From the human T2T-CHM13v2.0 reference genome, Homo sapiens, in the NCBI RefSeq assembly GCF_009914755.1, contig NC_060947.1: DNA of 64,000 nt. One strand, given 5' to 3'. A program made the position numbers and the translations under genes. The notes under the pieces were generated by a model. That model was not told the DNA's origin. It searched no databases and saw only the letters and a program-made list of their open reading frames with translations. This document shows positions 1-13,325 of the stretch, piece by piece (within the stretch, counting starts at the first letter, position 1; every line of letters begins with the position of its first letter).

Positions 1-251
1 CCAAAAAACACATGAAAAAATGCTCATCATCACTGGCCATCAGAGAAATGCAAATCAAAACCACTATGAGATATCATCTCACACCAGTTAGAATGGCAAT
101 CATTAAAAAGTCAGGAAACAACAGGTGCTGGAGAGGATGTGGAGAAATAGGAACACTTTTACACTGTTGGTGGGACTGTAAACTAGTTCAACCATTGTGG
201 AAGTCAGTGTGGCGATTCCTCAGGGATCTAGAACTAGAAATACCATTTGAC
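1..251 (+). mobile_element. Young L1 (L1HS/L1PA2-like) ORF2 C-terminal segment, probably the inverted 5' part of a twin-primed minus-strand insertion
   Basis: ORF 12..305 reads [28 protein letters not shown]...LELEIPFD (L1 ORF2 C-terminus) and carries the variant ACCACTATGAGATATC. Homology stops abruptly at ...CCATTTGACC and is followed by CTAGCTCTTTCTTT/AA. Confidence 0.93.
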
Positions 252-1486
252 CTAGCTCTTTCTTTAATTGATAGAGGAAAGGTGAAATATGCCAGCCATG
301 ACTGAGTTATCACAAATTTAGAAATGGCATGAATTGAATTTATACTTTCCTGTGTTTATTTTATTGCCAATCACTGATGTGACACACATTTGCTAAACAA
401 GTTCTAATTTTCTGGGTAACTTTCCCTACAGAAAGCTTATTTCGCTAAATGAAAGATCTCTACTCATGCCATTTAATGAGGAATTATCTTTATGATTGTT
501 GAGGTGTCTTCCTGGCTCTTTGAAAAAAATCACAAAAACAATAGCCCCAAATAATAGTGATTTTATACCTAGAAAATATTCTACAAGGAATAAGTTGCTG
601 TAAACCATATAGAGGTGAACAATTTTGAAAAGTCAAGAATTTAGGAAAGTACATTCAGTCTTAATTATGGTAGAATAAAATTTCATCTTCCTGATGCTTC
701 CATAGGCCCTTCAAGATGTTTGCAAAGCCCTTGGTCAGCTTTTGATTATTTTTTCATTGTACTGTATCTATGAAAAAGGTTGCCATTGGGAAAGCATAAG
801 TAGGTTGTGTTTTGCAATTCCTTCTTGTGGAAGGAAATTGATAGAACCTTCTAGTTGATTTTTTGAAAAAGTAAAGATGTTTAAATACTCTTGCCTTCCC
901 TACCTTACTCCACACTTCTGGTTCTCATCTACAAGAACTAGTGCACCAAGGGAGAGAGTACTCCAGCTGTGGCGTCCTGGACTTTGAATCCTGGGATGAG
1001 GGGGCAGGTAGGGTAGAGGATTCAAGAACAGAGGAATTATGGAGGGATGGAAGCTGGGAGGGAGGAAGAAAGAGTAAGAATCTAAAAATGAACCAAGGGA
1101 GGAGCCAAAGAGTGTTGGTCTTGAGCCAGATCACAGGCAGTTGGGTCAGGGTTAGAGGTAACAGTTGTAAGGAACAAGTCTAAGCCAGCCAAACCCTGGT
1201 TGAGCCATGGTGTCCGACCTTGTGGGGGACCCCTCAGTATCTTTCTTAATGCAACACATTGTTAAACTTTGGTCTGACCCCAGGGAGAGGCTGAGCAGCT
1301 CAGTAAGCAGGCCATTCTTTAAAAGCCTGAGTGTCTATTCACTGACAACCCTGTGGATCTTTCTTTGTATCAGTAAATTACCCTATACAACTCATGTCCA
1401 GACATTTTATAGCAGTCTCACTTTTGGTGGGGGTGATATAGTGTGCTGGGAAGAGCTCTCCATGGAGATTTGTGGGAGAGGGGGCA

Positions 1487-1590
1487 AGAGGCTTGGGTTT
1501 TAGCCAGTGCTCTGCCACTAATTGGCCATGAAACATTAGGCAAGTCATCTAAATGTTTGGTGCCTCAGTTTCCCCATATATACAATGAGG
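1487..1590 (+). mobile_element. MIR fragment
   Basis: GGCAAGTCATCTAA...TGCCTCAGTTTCCCCAT...AATGAGG resembles the MIR core. Confidence 0.7.
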
Positions 1591-3167
1591 ATCAAGGAGG
1601 CACAGATGTATAGTTCATCTATCAGTTGTGAGTTCTAAAGCATAGAAAAGAATTCTGTGGCTTTGGCATTTGGCTTTTTTGACTTGAGAAAAATAAATAT
1701 ACCCTAAGCACTACATTTGAGTTGAACCTATGAAAACCCTGAGAGTCAAAACTAAACTATAAATAGTAAAATCCTTTCCCCAGCTTCTTCGTTAGAGCCA
1801 GGAGTGTTGAAGACAGTCAACTTTTTAGCATTTGTGGAAATGGCAGGAAGCAAATTGAATAGGGTTGAACAGTTGTGCTCCTTGACCTCTGAGATGCAAT
1901 ATCTTACATACCAGTACTAAACCAGAGGTTCACTGTGTTCCAGGGACTCTGATGGAGTTGATAGACCCCCTAGTGACGCACATACCACCAGCAAGCTGGG
2001 TGACCTTCCTCCTTTGCCAAAATCACACATGGCTCATTTGCTGAGGGCTACAGTAAAATTAAGTGCTTCTTCTTGCTTCTTCTGAACTGGCACCCTGTTG
2101 GTCCTGCCAGTGTGAGACAAAAGATGTAAGGGCTACCAGTGGACTTTAAAATGTTAATTTTAAAAATAGCCCTTAATTATTAAAAGTAGCCCTAATTATA
2201 GCTTACTATAGGCAGGCCACACGTTTCTGAATAGTTTAACAAATGAGGAAATAAGTGAAGAGTTGATAAGTGCTGGTAGATTCATTTGCATGCTTTCCTA
2301 CACCCAAATGGTAATACTGCAACACCACAGTCTTCAGCCAAATTACGAGTACAGCAAATTAACACAATTTGTTAATTTCCTTTTTAATTACACTACGAAC
2401 AGGAGTATTTCTGTATTTTGGCTTTTTTTTGACATAGAGACTTCATCTTAAAAGCAGAAAGACTTTAATATAGCTAAATCTATATCTATAACAAATAAAG
2501 CTTGTTTCATTTTCCTTACCCAGCTGGCTAAGATTTATACATTAATTATTCAACCGATGCATCTTAAACATCCTAGTTAAAATACACACTGTTGGCCAGA
2601 AATTGTTAAACCTCCAGCATACTTTTGTTTGCCTGTAAGGAATAAATACTTAGAACTGTAAATGGGTAAACTTAATCTTTCCATGTGGTGAGGTCAACAG
2701 AACTCATGGTGAACATACAAAGAATAGGGGACTAATTATTATTGAGATTCAGGTAAGTGATTTCTTAGGCATTTTAGCTGTCATGCTGTGGAATAATTGT
2801 AAACTCACCAGGAAGGAATTGCAAAACACAACCTACTTATCCTTTCCCCAGTGGCTATATAGAATTTTTTTCTGTCCTGCAGTTTGTGCCAACTCTAATC
2901 ATTAAAAGGAATGTTATTTTAAGTATTGCTTCCTCAATAACAGTGTTTGACAGAAACTCTACAGAATGGTGGCTTTGCCCAGAGTGTGGCTTCAGTATGC
3001 TAGTGTGATTTAGGCAATCAGAGCTATTGGTAATGGAATGCAGATCTCTGTAGCAATTTTATTTAAAGTTTTGCCTAGTTAATATTATATCCAACTAATG
3101 TAACCATCTGTATCCGGCCCCATCAGTGACAATATAAAACTGTTAAACACCATTTCATAGGCATTAA

Positions 3168-3540
<373 letters not shown>

Positions 3541-3639
3541 ACTATCATTTAAATGTCAGTAACAGCAGCAGCAAGTATTCTAGGCATAGCACAGAGACCA
3601 AGGTAATGGGTCTCCCAGCCTTGTGACTAAATTCTTCCT

Positions 3640-3870
3640 GCCTCTAGGTCTTCACGTAGTCTGTTGCCTTGTCCAGGAATGCCCTTCAAACCTTGGTTTA
3701 AAGGCCTTTTCAGATAAGTCTCTCTTTTTCCCCCTAGTATTCTTGATCACTGTACCTATTTGTCTTCTCCATAGTATTTATCACAATTTAAAATTATACT
3801 TGTATTTTTTAAAAAAACTTGTCTCCCCCACTAGAATGTAAGCTATACAAGGACAGAGACCATGCCTATA
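3640..3870 (+). mobile_element. L2 3' fragment
   Basis: TGTCTCCCCCACTAGAATGTAAGCT...AAGGACAGAGACC is the L2 3' motif. Confidence 0.65.
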
Positions 3871-4026
3871 TTTTATTTATTATTTTACAAAATTTTTATT
3901 TTTTAATTGTAAATTAACAAATTGTAGTTACATATATTTATGGGGTACAAAGTGATGTTATGATTTATGAAGACAATGTGGAATGATTAAATCAAGCTAA
4001 TTAACATATCCACCACCTCAAATATT
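3871..4026 (-). mobile_element. L1MA 3' end
   Basis: T-rich tail then ATATATTTATGGGGTACAAAGTGATG...AAATCAAGCTAATTAACATATCC. Confidence 0.85.
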
Positions 4027-4234
4027 AACCCATATATCCTTTTGCGTAGCAAAGTAAGTAGGGACTGTAAATATTTTTTGGGAGGGACTTTAAGTAGTTT
4101 AATGAATAAATGAGGCAATGTGGTATAATTATAAGGAGGCAGAGGCCCTATATGCTGAGGACTTCCAAGTTAATCTTGTGGTTACATTTGACTTGCCTAG
4201 GCCTGTGTGACTTTATACCAGTATAACCAAAGGC

Positions 4235-4600
4235 TTGCTGGACATTTCTACCCGATGACCCCAGACATCTCACAGTCAACATTCCAACCTATAATCTGTC
4301 TTCTTGCCTCTCAAATCTTTTTTCTCCTCAGTCATAACTTGGATAGTGGCACCATCATGTATGCCATCTCCCCCTCCCTCCTCTGGAACATCAGTCAGCG
4401 CACAGTCCTGTCAGTTTGTTCTCCTAAATGTCTCTCGCGTCTGTCTTTTTCTTTCTACCTCCATTGATGTGGCCTTGGTTCAGGTCCTCATTATCTTATC
4501 TCTATCTAGACTACTGCAAATGCTTCTTCCTCCTCCCTGACTCCCTGATCTTATTCCCTAAAGACCACCTCCCTCCTTCCAAACAGGCAAATGCTGTTCT
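4235..4600 (+). mobile_element. L2 fragment
   Basis: Pyrimidine-rich degenerate L2 sequence (CAGACATCTCACAGTCAACAT..., TCAGGTCCTCATTATC...CTAGACTACTGCAA). Confidence 0.6.
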
Positions 4601-5198
4601 CTCTCTCTTTCTGGATCCAGAAGTCAGTAAGGGCTGCCAGTGTGCAGAAGTAGCTGGAACCTTACTAACATATATTCAAAGATTGCAGAGACATATGATT
4701 TCTTCAAGATTAATTTCCTTTTTGTTTTTCTGCTGTGAATCCAATGGAATAAGTTATTAAAATGCTTCAAGCTTCTGAAGGAAAGCATGGAAACATGCCA
4801 GCAGGAACAACATAAAGGTTTCCTTTATTTTCCTCTAGCATCTATCTGTGATGGACGATGTGACCATGATTCTTCACTTAAATATGGAATTCTGGAATAT
4901 CATAAAATCCCAGAGCGTCAGGGCTGGGCAAAGCCAGTCTGGATCCTATGTCTGAGGCTGAGAGAAGGGAAGGGCTTTATTTAACATCACAAGGCCAGTT
5001 AGCTGTGGAAGTAGGACTCAGACCCAGTTCTCTGTATTACTCAAGTGATCATGAGGCTTCATTTAGATGCATTGTTAAAACATTTGGCAGCTCTGTGACC
5101 CATCCCCCACATGACCGTGGCATGACTTCCTTCATCTGATCATTTTTTGCTTCTCTTAAGCCTGAGTGCTAATCAGTGTGATTAGAAAGAAAGGAACC

Positions 5199-5696
5199 CA
5201 TTAGCTGGTTTGCTCCCCAAGTTGAATATTCCAATTAAACCATATTTTTGTGGTTTTGTGTTTATTTTTATTTTTACCCTTCTCTTTACAATAATAAAAG
5301 ATGGGAAAAATCCAGGACATAATAAAGTGACATATGCTTTAGTGGTGATTTTCAAATGGGGTACCTTAGAGCACCAGGGCTTTCTTGGAGTTGCCTTGGG
5401 GCCTCTTATATGTATCACTCATTGAGGTGCCAAGTGAACAGGGCCCTGGGCTGGCAACCCCCGTTTCAGCCAGACAGCTGTGTTTGTATCTGTTTTATAT
5501 GGACTTACACTACCATTGGATTTAAATAGGTGATTCTATGTTGTAAAAGTTTTAAAAATGACTGTGCCTCAGGAATACATTAGCTAGTTTGCTCTCCAAG
5601 TTGAATATTCCAATTAAACAATATTTTTGTGGTTTTGTGTTTATTTTTATTTTAACCTTTCTCTTTACAATAATAAAAGACAGGAAAAAATCCAGG
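5199..5696. repeat. ~118 bp direct repeat (5199-5316 and 5578-5696), about 93% identical
   Basis: CATTAGCT(G/A)GTTTGCTC(C/T)CCAAGTTGAATATTCC...AAAAATCCAGG occurs twice. Confidence 0.95.
5341..5564 (+). mobile_element. hAT-Charlie MITE (MER112-like)
   Basis: Degenerate TIRs GTGATTTTCAAA / TTTTAAAAATGACTG; internal TTTCAGCCAGACAGCT...ATCTGTTTTATAT. Confidence 0.55.
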
Positions 5697-6336
5697 CTTG
5701 CTCATGTGGGTTTGGTAATTTGAATATAGATTTTCTGTGACTAGTTAGTGTACCAGTGCCTAAGACTGGGGTTTTATGGATTCTTGGCTATGTGTTAGTA
5801 TGGGTGTGTCAGGTCCACATAAAGGGTCCCAACCCTCCTTCTCAGGCCAGGGCGTATGAATGATTGCTTGGTAGGAGGTGTTATTGTTCAGTGTCTGATG
5901 CTGACTACCGACACGCAAGGTGGAATGTATTCTTTCTGAGAACCAAACATTGTAGCGGAGTAGTAAAACACCATGTAAATGTCCGTGGAAGGGCGCAGTT
6001 GTATTGAACATTGATGACATGTCATTGTGAAGGGTCTCAGGAGGTAGTGTTCCAGTTTCTGGCATGGGAGGTGATCGTGGGAGGGATATATAGGCTTTGA
6101 AGCAGGGACAAATTGGACAAATGGTGTCTCCCACTTGACTGTCTTTCTTTGTTGCCCAGGGACAGCATACTTTTAATACTTCTCCTTGGCATGATGAAAG
6201 GTAAGGCCACTCCTGACTTTGGTGGCCTGGGGCAAGGGTGCAAAATACAGACTCACTGCAAATTCCCACTTCTCTTCAACCTTCTCGCTCTGTTCCTTCC
6301 CCTAAGAGGACTTCCACACATTATATTTGAGGAGCC

Positions 6337-6498
6337 TTGCTTCTCAAAGTGTGGACCCCAGTCCGCAGCATCAGCATTACCTGAGAGCTTGTTAGAACTG
6401 TGGACTCTCAGGCCCCACTCTAGGCCTGCTGAACCAGAATCTGGATTTTAATAAGATGCTAGGTAATTCACATGCACATTAAATTTTGAGAAGCACTG
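6337..6498. mobile_element. MER5A (hAT-Charlie MITE)
   Basis: CTTCTCAAAGTGTGG...CAGCATCAGCATTACCTG...TCTCAGGCCCCAC...TTTGAGAAGCACTG. Confidence 0.9.
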
Positions 6499-7384
6499 CC
6501 ATAGCCCACGTGTTCAAGCTCCATCAACACTGAGTGGAGGGGCAACAGCTGCCCTGTGGCCACCCCTCAGTCACTCTTCAGGCCTAGGGTTTAGTCCATC
6601 CTTAGGAAGACAGAACTAGGAAAGAGGATCACACAGGCTCCAAAGGCAGGCTTGAGGCACATGGGCAGAGGATTTCAAGGTCATGGGTATCCTGAGGATA
6701 GCCTCTAAGAGGGAAGCATAGACTTGGGGTTGGCAAGACCCCTTGGCCCTCTATACCCCTTGCCCTGTGAGGAGTGTGGCTGCAGCAGGGCCAGAGTAAG
6801 GCCCTGCCAACCATGAGGCCTAGGGCAGGATCTGGTTGTCCCAGTCTAAGAGTGATACTGTTGAAAGGTGTCCCAAATATTCAAGGGGATGAAGATTTGA
6901 GTGGGAGTGATTCATAGCTCCCTGAGGTACTGGCCAGCAGCCAGGGTCTTGGTGGCTCTTTGGAGTGTGCGGAAGTTATGGTGGTGGGACCATTACTGCT
7001 TTAAGAGGGAATCAGTGTGAACTGTTATAAGCAAAGTCTTTGGTAGCTAGAGACGTATACATTGACTTATCTGTAGAAGGTATACAGCGAAGGTGCCTCC
7101 TGTAGTGCCTAATAACAATTTGATTAGATTAGCTACTAGCCTCCGTAGAAGACAGGTGGATGTGGCTGTGGAGGGCTTTGAACAACTTCCTTCAAACCTA
7201 AGAAACGGGCCACTTTTCTCGAAGAATTGAGAGCAGTGTCTGGTGTGGTTGGGATGCCGTGGCTGTTGGAGGGGCAAAATATGCCATTTTGTGTCCACCA
7301 CCACCTGTATGATGCCACGGTTGTGGGACAGAGGCAAGTCTGAAATGAAGATCAACAGATTGCTGTCCCAGCTCCCACACCCCA

Positions 7385-7505
7385 CCTCTTCCTCTGTAAA
7401 ATGGGTCTAACAGTCCTTGTCCTGCCTACCTTGCGGAGGTGTTGGGTGGCTCTAGTGAGACAATGGATGGAAAAGTGCTTTGCAGCCTGTCAAGTCCGTG
7501 CATGA
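7385..7505 (+). mobile_element. MIR fragment
   Basis: CTCTGTAAAATGGG...CCTACCTTGC...GGAAAAGTGCTTTG. Confidence 0.7.
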
Positions 7506-8595
7506 AGAAATGATGATCATTCTGCCATTTGTTGTCTTTCCTTTGTGAGTGTGTCTTCACCTGCACTTGAGTTTTAGATTTAGGTTGCCCTCTCCTTAGC
7601 ACTGCAGCTTTCAGGTCACAGCAACATACAAGGTTCTGTGCAAAGCCATATCTGCCCCTCTTCCTGACACCTTCCAGCCTCTTCCATGCAGATACACTGC
7701 TGTGATTCTCATTTTTGAGTTCCACAGATTTGGGACGGAGATTTTATATTGGCAAATATTTCTGAAGAGACAAATAATTGCCTCTGGAAAGAGGCTTCTT
7801 TTCTCTTCCAAAAATTCATATTTGCTGGTTTAAATTGATGTGACTATTTTTTGGCTAGAACTCTGCAGTATTTCACTGAGCAGTAATTATTCCTTTGGTG
7901 TTGCAGGAGTTTTCTGAGAGAAGGGAACTAAATCTAAGAGAGCGAATCCATCTGGTACATATGTTGAAGCTCTCTATGAGGCCACTGACACTGAAATGTT
8001 AATGCTAGGTTTCTATAAACTGGTATCATTTAGATATTGATACAATATGAGCTAGTACTCTGGGTCACTGAACCAAAGGCTGAATTCCATTTCCTTATAT
8101 GGCACTGGATTCCTGCACCAGTGGATTGATGACTCTTGGCAGAGTACCATGGTAAGATAGACCCTGCATTCCAGTCCTGTCACCCGATTGTCAGACTCTG
8201 GCTGTCCCAGCCCCAATCAGGAGTAGACACTAAAGGCCAGCAGCTGGCAAACTTAGTGTCTCTTAGTACCTCAAGCATTGGTAGGTAACTAAGCTTGACG
8301 GGATAGTAGAAGTACCTACACATAGTAGGTAATTAATTCTAGATTAGTCTGATACCTTAAGTGTTAAGTGCCCCTGAGAAGAACCCCTGGGGCCCATGGA
8401 GACTCACTAATCTGCAGCTTTTCTTTTTACATTATGGTGTGGGTGAAACCAGGATGTGTTCCAGGACTGAACTGGTGGCTGTCCTGCTTGGGTGGGGATC
8501 TGGCATCCAGCCTAGCCATTGCTAGGTTTTTCCCTGGGGTGTTGGACTCTGTTTCTCCACCAAACTGCCAACTAACATTCAATTCAAATAAAATG

Positions 8596-8658
8596 TCTTA
8601 GAAATATGGTGCTGCCGCCGTATGTAAGGTGCAGGGTGGCAGCACCATGTTTCCAAGA
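8596..8658 (+). other. 24 bp stem / 15 nt loop hairpin of pre-miRNA-like size
   Basis: Arms TCTTAGAAATATGGTGCTGCCGCC (8596-8619) and GGTGGCAGCACCATGTTTCCAAGA (8635-8658): 21 Watson-Crick pairs, 2 G-U pairs, 1 mismatch. The structure is seen directly; function is unknown. Confidence 0.8.
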
Positions 8659-9931
8659 TTAGTATTGCCACTGTGCAAGGTCTTTCCTAGCCAGATTGTT
8701 CAGCTTGCATTTATCATGATTTTTTCATCTTTGTAACTTGGATAGCCAGTCAGCCCTCTTAGGGACAACTCTGGGGCTCTCCAAGTTCTGATTCTTCTTG
8801 ATCTGTGCTCATTATTCTTTTTCTGCTCTTCTTACATTGAAGTCTTGGAAATCCCAACCATTGCTATAAAAGTTCTGTTGCAAAGAATGGAAAATAGCCT
8901 ATTTTATCCCATAGCCCAGTTACACATACATAGGGAGCTATGGACATCTCACTGTTCACTTTGAGTTGAACTTGAAATTCCTGCCTCTCCTCTTCGGGAA
9001 GTATTAACCAAAGAAGCCACAAGGGGATTCACTAGTCTCCTATGAAATAAAATGCTATCAGATACCAAACAGCTAACTGTCCAGATTTTTCAGCAAAAAT
9101 TGGCTGCTTTAGTTTTTTGAAATTTTTTCCTCTCTCCTCTGTAGTTCAGTATGAGAGACTCTTCAGGGCAAATTGTCAGTGGGAGGAATTCGGAGATGCC
9201 ATATGTCATCAGTACATGGCTGAGGAGAAGCCAAAAAAGTATTACCGCCGTTTTCCCAAAAAGCTATTAGGGAAGGTTATTGATTGTTTTCCACACACCT
9301 TCCACCTTCATCACAGGGTATTGTGATAACTAAAAAGGTACTTTCATGTAGCTCTTAAAAACAGTTTTCTCCTTTTTTGTTTTCTTAATATCCACTGTGC
9401 CCAGGTCACTTCACAGAGCTCCAAAGTGATGCTCCTTTCTTTCTCCATAGGATTTGTCCTTGCCCTTCTGGCAAATGGACTTGAATTGCTACTGCTTCTG
9501 TCAGCTGGTGGCTATGTTTACTTCAAGGTCTTTGAGTAGGCCAGACAAGTCCAATTACATAAATCATTATTGACTGCTGTCAACCCCCTGTCCCTCCCTC
9601 TTACACTTGTTTTTCTACCCCTACCTCCCTCTGCTTTCTATATAGGATTGGAGATGCCATTTTTTTCCTTCAGACTTTCAGGCTTTTTAATAAAAATGGT
9701 GCTTAAAGGTACATGTCAGCAGACTTTTGGGTGACCTTTAAAGTAGAGTGGTATTTGGTCTGTACAAAATAACCCATTCTCTATCATTTATAGATTGTCC
9801 ACATTATACCTAATTTTAAAATTCTTGATGACATCTATTAGGCTTAAGCCCTTAAACTAGTTCATGAGGGTACAAGGGTATTGTAGCATTAATGCCCTGT
9901 AGGTAAAGTGAATGTTGGTATTTGATCTTTT

Positions 9932-10049
9932 TTTTTTAACATTCTTAAATAATTATTATTATTATTTATTATTATTATACTTTAAGTTTTAGGGCACATG
10001 TGCACAATGTGCAGGTTAGTTACATATGTATACATGTGCCATGCTGGTG
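9932..10049 (-). mobile_element. Extremely 5'-truncated L1PA3-like insertion with a possible short 3' transduction
   Basis: TATACTTTAAGTTTTAGGG...ATGCTGGTG is the L1 3' end; perfect 16 bp TSD TGGTATTTGATCTTTT at 9916-9931 and 10050-10065. Confidence 0.95.
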
Positions 10050-10617
10050 TGGTATTTGATCTTTTAGTTGGTACCTGGACCATCCTTCAGTGGGGCTTTC
10101 CTGCTTTTCCCCTTTCCCCTTTTGTGTTGTTGGATTAAGGTATATTTCATTTATTCTTACTCTGTGTTCATTTCAACATAAGCATCACAGACCCATTAAT
10201 TAAGAACAGCTGGCTATGTTCTCCTGCCACATTTCTAATTTCTCAATGCCCAGTTGACAAACAGAATCCTATCTAGAGCAAAGTCATTTGTTCCAGGCTC
10301 AGAACACATGGAGGGCCCAGAACCATACGTTGCACTTTTGTTTCAGTTAGAAGTCTTCCATGGGCTTTTCTTCCAGTCACACTAAAGTAGTATTTGCAGA
10401 AATGAAGTTTCTTTGGGTCTTGTTTTGTTTTTGTTTTTGAAGATGGAATCTAAGATCATCTCAGTTTAGTTCTTTGCCTTTTTGTTGTTGTTGTTTTTGA
10501 GCTCATATATGGGGTATGTAGGCCTTTGGCCATTTGAAGCATTGCAGGGAATGGTATGTTTTAGTTGGTGCATTTGTTACTGTAAGAAATCAGCAAATGG
10601 TTTGTGGTGCCTTTTAA

Positions 10618-10760
10618 GATTTATTTAGCACATATTTTTCCTATGGGCTAGGTGCTGAGCTGGATGCTGGGGATGCACAGATGAGAAAGGCACAGCGCCT
10701 GTTCTCAGATTGTCTCACAGTCTAGTAGGAAAGAGAGAGACACATCAACAGCTAACTCTG
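10618..10760 (-). mobile_element. L2 3' fragment
   Basis: ATTTATTTAGCAC...GGTGCTGAGCTGGATGCTGGGGAT...CTCACAGTCTAGTAGG. Confidence 0.75.
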
Positions 10761-11835
10761 ATACCTAACGATCTGGATAGAAAATTTCAGGTCAGGGCAC
10801 TGGCATGAACAGAGATTGAGAACAGATAAATGCGTGGTTTGTTCAGGGAATCACTTATGTAGTAATATGGATATTGGCAGAAAATGACTAGAGACAAGAT
10901 GTAAAGGTAGATTCAGGTCACATTTTGAAGAACTGAGATTTTTAGCTTTTAGAAGATTATGTTGGTATCCCTTGAACTCAAGATGTTGGGTCCAAGGTAG
11001 TGATTCTGTCTACATTCTTAGAACTTTTTTGTAGAGTAGCAGGAGGTAGAAGAAAAAGTTATTGAAGCTGAAATAGTGATCCTTAGCCTTAGGGACAGTG
11101 TGTGTCAGAGGTTAGAGCATCCAGCATGGCTGGTGGCCAGAGCTTTGCATCAGTCTGAGATGTATGTGATGTATCTTTAGCTCAGGGAAGAGAGAGGACT
11201 TGATTTTTGAGGAAGGCTTGGGAAGGAGGGATAGAAGAGCTGGATAGTTTTGCTGCTCCCCAGCCAGAAATTTATAGTTTGATTTCATTATTGCCTTGAA
11301 ATATTGGGATGTCCCAGAACACACAGCCATTCATATTTAAAAGTAAGCATGGCAACCTCACGTCTGATTCGGATATAAAGGGCTGATTTGGCTTATTTAT
11401 ATGATTTCAATTCACAGGCAGCCATAATCAAGTGCTTACTAGGCTTGTAAGAGCAGCCAGAGGTCAGACCATTTAGGAACACACTGGGGATGATAGGAGC
11501 TATTGGTTACAGTGCACCCTCATCCAGGCACATGTATCATTACCCTCTGGCCCATAGCCACAAGTATATCCTTGTCCCCAACCCACCATCTTCCAAATGC
11601 ACACTATGATTATAACAGGGAGCATGGTTGGATTGATGTGGCAGTCCACATGGAAACACAGATTTTGCCAGAGGTCCTCTTTCCTGATGTTGTTTCACCT
11701 TCACTGTGGGCTGTCATTCATGTTGCTTCATATCTATGTTGCTTTGCTGTAAGATGCATGGGTCTTTCATAGACTGCTCTTCCTTTTTTGCTATTGGGGT
11801 GTGAAAGGTATTGCTCCTTTAAAAAAGTACAGCAG

Positions 11836-12211
<376 letters not shown>

Positions 12212-12916
12212 CTACTTGGGCAGGTGTTCTATTGTGACATAGCTGTCTTTTTTTCTGTTTAGCCCTTGGAAAAATGTGTGTTTTCTTGGATTCAATGTAA
12301 TTTTTAAAAATAATACAATCTCCAAGTCCTTCTCACAAACTGGTTCTAAAGTATCCCTAATTACTTAGTATAAAAGCTGTCTTGATTTATCCATTTCTAC
12401 TGTTTTTAGCATTGCTGTTTAGGGAATGTTGATCCTGGAGGATAAAGTTCTACAAAATATCTAGAGTTAATGTTTAATCGAAAGGAACCTGTCTTAAGGG
12501 TCAAGAGATAGTTGAGTTCCTCTATTAAAAACAATGAAGGCTAGACCCTGTCTTCTCCATTAGGAATCCTGAGCATTGGTGAGGAAATTCATACTAAAAC
12601 CTTGCTGCTACCAATATCTTATTCCTTATACTGGATCTCCAGTAAAATGTGCATATATATATGCATATATATATGGGTTTAAAATTATTTTTATCAATGC
12701 AATAATATGAATAATTTTTGTAATCAGGCTTATAATAACATCAACAAAACCAATCAGGCCGGTACTGCTTCCTCCCAATCCTGCTCCTCTTGCTTTTGGT
12801 ACTTACCTTCATATTTTATGTAATATGCTTATGCTGCCATTACTTGATTCATTATTTTAGATATTGTGTGTTTACTTCTTGTGATGATAGATGAGAGGCT
12901 GGCTGTCTCATAGTCC

Positions 12917-13325
12917 CTATCAGTCGAGTATGGCTGGTCTGTGCTGCATAACAAGACATTCCTAGTTACCAGGGGCTTTACAGAACAGAAGTTTATTTCT
13001 TGCTCATGCTACACATTCAACTTAAGTGGGCAGGGGGCCTCTGGCTCATGTTGGTCACTGAAGGATGGACATGGGATGATGGAGGCTCCAACTCAACACC
13101 TGATCACATGATCTATGAAATGGGCAAATAAAGAGTTAATTGCCTGCTGCCTCTCAAAACTTCTTCCCAGGTATGATATAAATTAATTTTACTCACATTT
13201 TATTGGTCAAAGCAAGCTACATGACTATACTTAATCTGAAAAGAGGCCTGGAAGTACAACCCTACCATGTGCCTGGGAAAAGATGCTCTGGAATATTTGT
13301 GAACAGCCCTAATGATGACCATACA
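12917..13325 (-). mobile_element. MaLR LTR (MLT1J/K-like)
   Basis: TGCTGCATAACAA...AAGTTTATTTCTTGCTCATGCT...TATTGGTCAAAGCAAG...AATGATGACCATACA. Confidence 0.8.

Noticed and set aside
5760-6269. 169 aa minus-strand ORF
   Set aside because: No recognisable domain or splice context; the length is compatible with chance in 64 kb
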